From assembly GCA_965219345.1 (NCBI GenBank), contig OZ244732.1, positions 960,001 to 1,024,000 on the forward strand: 64,000 nt of DNA, written 5' to 3'. The position numbers and the translations under genes were made by a program. The stretch is from Nitrosopumilus sp. (GTDB lineage Archaea; Thermoproteota; Nitrososphaeria; Nitrososphaerales; Nitrosopumilaceae). Positions 61,301 through 64,000 of the stretch are shown piece after piece. Below the pieces are notes generated by a model. It saw only the letters and a list, made by a program, of their open reading frames with translations, was not told where the DNA came from and did no database searches. The stretch's first letter is position 1. Every line of letters begins with the position of its first letter.

Positions 61301-64000
61301 GAACGGTGACGGCAAACACCAATCCCGCCGGTACGGACGACACCATAACCCTTACCGTCTCTGGCATCACAACATCCGATGCTCCAGTTATAACTTACAT
61401 CGCTCCACCTGGCACCGTGGTTGACGCGGAATCAAACCCGGCAGCAGACCAGACCTTTACCGGCACAACCGATGACGCGCCTCCAACCGTGTCCTCCATT
61501 GCAACTGCCAGCACATCAACAATTAACATCGTGCTGTCCGAAAACGTCACAATAAACGGTGCGGCACCGGAAGACTTTGCGCTGTCCAGCACCATATCCA
61601 CAGACCCGGCCGTGACCGGAATCACCGCTGTTACAAACAACACGGTAGCCCTTGCCCTTGACGATACGCTTGACAGCAATGATGTCATCCTCCTGGCATA
61701 CACCAAGACCACGGGCAGCATAGATGACATCCCTCTTCCGCCCCTTCTCAGCTCCTTCCCAGTAGGTATGCAAGACCAGGCACCAACCGGCATGGCCTTC
61801 TCTAATGACGGAACAAGGATGTTTGTAGTGAGTATTGGTAGTGATAGCGATAACGATGCCGTACACCAGTACACACTAACCGCCGCCTTTGACGTGTCCA
61901 CTGCTACCTTTGTCGACTCTTTCTCAGTAGGTTCACAAGACACAGTCCCGCGAGGCGTGGCCTTCTCTGCTGACGGAACAAAGATGTTTGTTGTGGGTAG
62001 TTTCGACAATAACATAAACGAGTACACACTAACCGCCGCCTTTGACGTGTCCACCGCCGCCTTTGTCGACTCTTTCTCAGTGGCATCACAAGACATACTC
62101 CCGCTAGACATGGCCTTCTCTGGTGACGGAACAAAGATGTTTGTCTTGGGCGGTGCTGGCGATGACATAAACGAGTACACGCTATCCGCCCCCTTTGACG
62201 TATCGAATGTCGCCGGCACATCGGATGTCACCTTTGTCGACTCTTTCCCAGTGGCATCACAAGACAGATCCACGCAGGGCCTAACCTTCTCTGCTGACGG
62301 AACGAGGATGTTTGTAGTGGGTAGTATCAACGGTGCCGTATACGGGTACGCACTAACCGCCCCCTTTGACGTGTCCACTGCCACCTTTGTCGACTCTTTC
62401 TCAGTGACATCACAAGACAGATTCCCGCGGGGCCTGGCCTTCTCTGCTGACGGAACGAGGATATTTGTCTTGGGTAGTGACAGCGAGAACGTACACCAGT
62501 ACGCGCTATCTGAACCATTTACGCTATTCCAACAGCCAAACTCGCTTGCCAGCTTTGAGGCAACCCTGGTCACAAACAACATTGGATCGCCACCACCGGA
62601 TGACATTGATCCCCCAATAGATGATACCGTTCCACCGGAAATCATCGCGGCTGCCGTGACCTCCCTTACCGAGATAACCCTGACGTACAGCGAGGACATA
62701 GACGTCACAACCACAGACGGCCAAGGATTCACCCTCTCTGACGGACAAGTGACGGCAAACACCAATCCCGCCGGTACGGACAATACCATAACCCTTACCG
62801 TCTCCGGCATCACGGCATCCGATGCTCCAGCTATAACCTATACCGCTCCACCTGGCACCGTGGTTGACAGCGCATTAAACCCTGCAGCGAGCCAGACCTT
62901 TACTGACACCACCCCGCTGCCGGATGACACCGTTGCCCCAGCAATTACCGCAGCTGCCGTGACCTCGACTACCAGCATAACCCTGACGTACAGCGAGGAC
63001 ATAGACGTCACAACCACGGACGGCCAGGGATTCACCCTCTCCGTCGGACAAGTGACGGCAAACACCAATCCCGCCGGTACGGGCAACACCATAACCCTTA
63101 CCGTCTCCGGCATCACGGCATCCGATGCTCCAGCTATAACCTATACCGCTCCACCTGGCACCGTGGTTGACAGCGCATTAAACCCTGCAGCAAACCAGAC
63201 CTTTACTGACACCACCCCGCTGCCAGATGACACCACCCCGCTGCCGGATGACACCGTTCCGCCAACGCTGACCGTGTCCTCCATTGCAACTGCCGGCACA
63301 TCGGCAATTGATATCGTGCTGTCCGAAGACGTCACAATAAACGGTGCGGCACCCGGAGACTTTGCGCTGTCCGGCGACATATCCGCAGACCCAACCGTAA
63401 CTGCAGTTGCCGCCGCCGCAGACACGGTCACCCTTACCCTTGACGGCACGCTTGATCATGACGATGTCATCCTCCTGGCATACACCAGAACCACGGGCAG
63501 CATAGATGACATTCCTGCCGCTTCTGCCTTCCCTGACGGCTCCTTCTCGGTACGTTCACAAGACCCAACACCAAACGGCCTGGCCTTCTCTGCTGACGGA
63601 ACAAGGATGTTCGTCACGGGCAATAACTTCAATGCCGTATACCAGTACGCATTAACCGCCCCATTTGACGTGTCCAATGTCACCGGCACATCGGATGTCT
63701 CCCATGTCGACCGTTTCCTGGTAGGCTCACAGGACACATCCCCGCGGGACGTGGCCTTCTCTGCTGACGGAACAAAGATGTTTGTAGTGGGTTCCAGCAG
63801 TGACTCGGTTCACGAATACGCATTAACCACCGCCTTTGACGTATCTACTGCCACCATTGTCACCTCCTTCTCCGTGGAATCACAGGACACATCCCCGCGG
63901 GGCCTGGCCTTCTCTGCCAACGGAACAAAGATGTTTGTCGTGGGTTCCAGCAGTGCCTCAGTTCACGAATACGCATTAACCACCGCCTTTGACGTATCGT
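52348..64000 (+). CDS. giant secreted repetitive surface protein (>3,880 aa, 3' end outside window): Ig/SwmB-like domains plus five-blade beta-propeller modules
   Basis: Frame 1 reads as one protein from ATG52348 (or GTG52381) to the window end; signal peptide ...LCLMALLFVVYGTTTLTVYA|QTD; 38 copies of a ~51-aa PxGLAFSxDGTxMFV..YxLxxPFDVS repeat; markedly more GC-rich than the core genes. Confidence 0.93.
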   Translation, partial: MINIAIFSEKYVNINYKNILCLMALLFVVYGTTTLTVYAQTDNPPTIIAASVTSTTEIVLTYSENIEVPTTNGTGFALSTGGTVTANTDPAGSGNVITLTVSGITNTSDTPAITYTESLGTVADSASNQAADQIFDRTTDDAPPTVSSIATSGTSTVDVILSEDVIYNLAAPEDFVLFVQSGNTLTSMTIGEITAVDNTLTLDHDATLASDDVINLEYNKATGSIDDIIRPSFVDSFSVASQELFPRDLAFSNNGTRMFVTGDDGNDVNEYALSAPFDISPATFVDSFSVADEDQTPIGLAFSANGTRMFVVGDDSNEVYQYTLAAPFDVSNVTSDSSFLVSTETTSPRGLAFSNDGTKMFVLSFADSVVYQYTLTTPFDVSTAVSSSFFSAASQDSILIGLAFSADGTRMFVAGSHNDKVYQYALTAAFDVGTATFVDSFSVRSQDGTPRGLAFSADGARMFVVGDDNDNINEYALPKPFTLFPQPNSLASFTATLVENNIPSDTTPPTITAASVTSATEITLTYSENIDADSTDGAGFTLSVGQVTANTDPGGSGNTITLTVSGITNTSDTPVITYAESLGTVIDTASNPAADQTFDHTTDDAPPTVSSIATATMSIIDIVLSENVAYNSAAPEDFVLSGTISPDSAVTAIAVIADTVTLFLDGMLAHDDVINLAYTRTTGSINDIPSPPSFVDSFSVSSQDGRPQGLAFSNDGTKMFVVGDDNDEINEYTLSIPFDVSTATFVDFFPAASQDSSPQGLAFSNDGTKMFVVGNIGDEINEYTLSIPFDVSTATFVDFFPVDSQDTIPRDIAFSNDGTKMFVVGNDDNDINEYTLSAPFDVSTATFVDSFPVALHASSPRGLAFSDDGHGMFVVGHINVVVKYELTAPFDVSTASHVTSFSVKSQDGVPSGLAFSNDGTRMFVLDNGNDAVREYALSDPFTLFPQPNSLASFAATLVKNNIAPPDTTPPTITAAAVTSLTEIVLTYSENIDVTTTDGQGFTLSDGQVTANTDPAGSGNTITLTVSGITNASDAPNVIYNASDGTVADGASNQAANQTFTDTTDSTAPTVSSIGTAGISTIDIVLSKNVTINGAAPGDFALSGTISTDPAVTGITALNDTVTLSLDDMLDGNDVINLTYDKTTGSIDDIPVPPSFVTSFPVSSQDLTPQGLALSADGTRMFVLGSGGGAVHQHTLTAPFDLSTASYDNIAFSVTDQEPAPRDVAFSNDGTKMFVLGDGNNDINEYALSAAFDISNVAGTSDVSNVTSFSVASQESSPQGLTFSADGSKMFVTGFNGGDVLQYALSAPFDVSTASYDNISFTVSLQDSDPRDVAFSADGSKMFVVGSSSDSVHEYTLTAPFDVSTASHADSFSVESQDGAPSGLAFSGDGTRMFVTGDDNDAVYEYSVSEPFTLFLQPNSLASFAATPVKNNISPFTIIASSLTSATEIVLTYDENIDVNATDGTGFSLSVGQVTANSDPAGSDNTITLTVSGIAAGSDTPDVTYTASDGTVTDNESNPAPDQTFIDTTGGTTLAVSSAATAGTSTIHVTLSEDVTINGAAPGDFALSGDISTDPTVTGIAAIANTVTLSLDDTLDHDDAISLTYDKTTGSIDYIPLPPFAGSFPVDSQDRTPVGLAFSNDGTKMFVTGSQKDRVYQYALTEPFDVSSASYSSKSFSVESQDEDPRGLAFSNDGTKMFVSGDDGNDINEYALSAPFDVSTASHADSFSVSSQDNSVRGLAFSANGTKMFVVGDGNNAVYQYALSAPFDVSNVTGTSDVSFVTSFSVSSQEKFPFGLAFSDDGTRMFVVGNDINEYILSAPFDVSTARFDRSFPIDSQDSEQTDLAFSADGTRIFVVGNGNDSVYQYALSDPFTLSPQPDSLASFAAISVTNDIPDTTPPAITAAAVTSATEILLTYSENIDVATTDGQGFTLSDGGTVTANTNPAGTGNTITLTVSGITASDAPAITYTAPPGSVADTASNQAADQTFTGTTPLPDDTPPAITAAAVTSATEILLTYSENIDVSTTNGTGFSLSDGQVSANTDPAGTDNTITLTVSDITDTSDAPAITYTAPPGTVTDTASNPAANQTFTGTTDDAPPTVSSIGTAGISTIDIVLSKNVTINGAAPEDFVLSGNITADPVVTGITAVANTVTLSLDDTLDHDDDILLAYTRTTGSIDEGPFATFDSSLPVASQDIMPFGIAFSNDGMRMFVSGVHNSAISEYALTAPFDVSTATFDSSLSVASEDLTPHGLTFSNDGTSMFVVGSFDQDINEYELTAPFDISDATFVDSLPIVSKDAEPQDLAFSNDGTRLFVTGSDNDAVHQYALDTAFDISTASAASSSLISFSVESQDDFPIGLTFSNDGYGMFVVGSTGGNVHQYALTAPFDISTASHAGSFQLGSQGTLPRGLTFSDDGSRMFVVSDAVHGYALSEPFKLFSQSASLASFAATIVTNNIPPDTIPPAITAAAVTSAASITLTYSEDIDVSTTNGMGFALSTTGGTVTANTDPAGTDNTITLTISGITDTSDTPDITYTASDGTVADNASNPAADQTFAGTTDDAPPTVSSIATSGTSTSAIDIILSEDVTINGAAPGDFVLSGNITADPVVTGITVAAAAADTVTLSLDGTLDHDDVILLAYTRTTGSIGDGPAAHLAGSFPIDLQDSSPIGLAFSTDGTRMFVVDLSDNAVYQYALTTHFDVSTATSVTSFSVSSQDINPRGLTFSATGTKMFVLGSAGGGNVHQYALAAPFDISNVAGTSDVSFVTSFSISSQDINPRDLAFSADGTRMFVAGIGNSAVYQYALTAPFDVSSASFDDTSFPVVRQDRNPTGLAFSANGMQMFVTGDDGNDINEYALDTAFDVSDADFVGSFSVESHDSSPAGLTFSGDGMQMFVAGSDSNAVYRYALPEPFMLFSQPNSLASFAATTVTNNIASPSPPPDGTDPPIDDTVPPEITAAAVTSATEILLTYSEDIDVTTTNGEGFTLSDGGTVTANTNPAGTDDTITLTVSGITTSDAPVITYIAPPGTVVDAESNPAADQTFTGTTDDAPPTVSSIATASTSTINIVLSENVTINGAAPEDFALSSTISTDPAVTGITAVTNNTVALALDDTLDSNDVILLAYTKTTGSIDDIPLPPLLSSFPVGMQDQAPTGMAFSNDGTRMFVVSIGSDSDNDAVHQYTLTAAFDVSTATFVDSFSVGSQDTVPRGVAFSADGTKMFVVGSFDNNINEYTLTAAFDVSTAAFVDSFSVASQDILPLDMAFSGDGTKMFVLGGAGDDINEYTLSAPFDVSNVAGTSDVTFVDSFPVASQDRSTQGLTFSADGTRMFVVGSINGAVYGYALTAPFDVSTATFVDSFSVTSQDRFPRGLAFSADGTRIFVLGSDSENVHQYALSEPFTLFQQPNSLASFEATLVTNNIGSPPPDDIDPPIDDTVPPEIIAAAVTSLTEITLTYSEDIDVTTTDGQGFTLSDGQVTANTNPAGTDNTITLTVSGITASDAPAITYTAPPGTVVDSALNPAASQTFTDTTPLPDDTVAPAITAAAVTSTTSITLTYSEDIDVTTTDGQGFTLSVGQVTANTNPAGTGNTITLTVSGITASDAPAITYTAPPGTVVDSALNPAANQTFTDTTPLPDDTTPLPDDTVPPTLTVSSIATAGTSAIDIVLSEDVTINGAAPGDFALSGDISADPTVTAVAAAADTVTLTLDGTLDHDDVILLAYTRTTGSIDDIPAASAFPDGSFSVRSQDPTPNGLAFSADGTRMFVTGNNFNAVYQYALTAPFDVSNVTGTSDVSHVDRFLVGSQDTSPRDVAFSADGTKMFVVGSSSDSVHEYALTTAFDVSTATIVTSFSVESQDTSPRGLAFSANGTKMFVVGSSSASVHEYALTTAFDVS

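Noticed and set aside
52464-63737. Dozens of minus-strand and off-frame ORFs in the ORF track
   Set aside because: Shadow ORFs of the GC-rich, repetitive plus-strand giant gene, which the track omitted because it has no stop codon within the window
53040-64000. Diversity-generating retroelement acting on the giant protein
   Set aside because: No reverse transcriptase or template repeat in the window; variation includes indels and is not adenine-specific by eye

Overview
AT-rich archaeal DNA from an ammonia-oxidising thaumarchaeon of the Nitrosopumilaceae (inferred from gene content and order). Gene erosion, GC-rich IS elements and a Cenarchaeum-like giant surface protein suggest a host-associated, possibly sponge-symbiotic, lineage. 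There are three zones. (1) ~1-11.6 kb is an accessory, eroding region with pseudogenes, an eRF1 paralogue, an EEP nuclease, IS6, IS5-like and IS481 elements, and a serine-type class II tRNA body that carries an isoleucine (GAT) anticodon. (2) ~11.6-43.3 kb is conserved core: endA, rpl10e, tRNA-Gly, CPA2 antiporter, GT2, ferredoxin, rhodanese, NAD kinase, NOB1, XPF, the exosome superoperon, rpoD-rpl18e-rpl13-rps9, two LeuCD-type pairs, cofE, korAB and gyaR. (3) ~43.3-64 kb is an island containing DASS and MACPF remnants, an AbiE-like type IV toxin-antitoxin pair, and an ISH3-type IS. That IS is split by a 2,842-bp IS6-family element (49-bp perfect TIRs, 8-bp TSD) carrying an AbrB regulator, a beta-class methyltransferase and an Hpy99I-like restriction endonuclease. 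The island ends in a >3,880-aa modular secreted protein that runs off the window and is missing from the ORF track. All family calls come from motif recognition by eye; no database searches were run.
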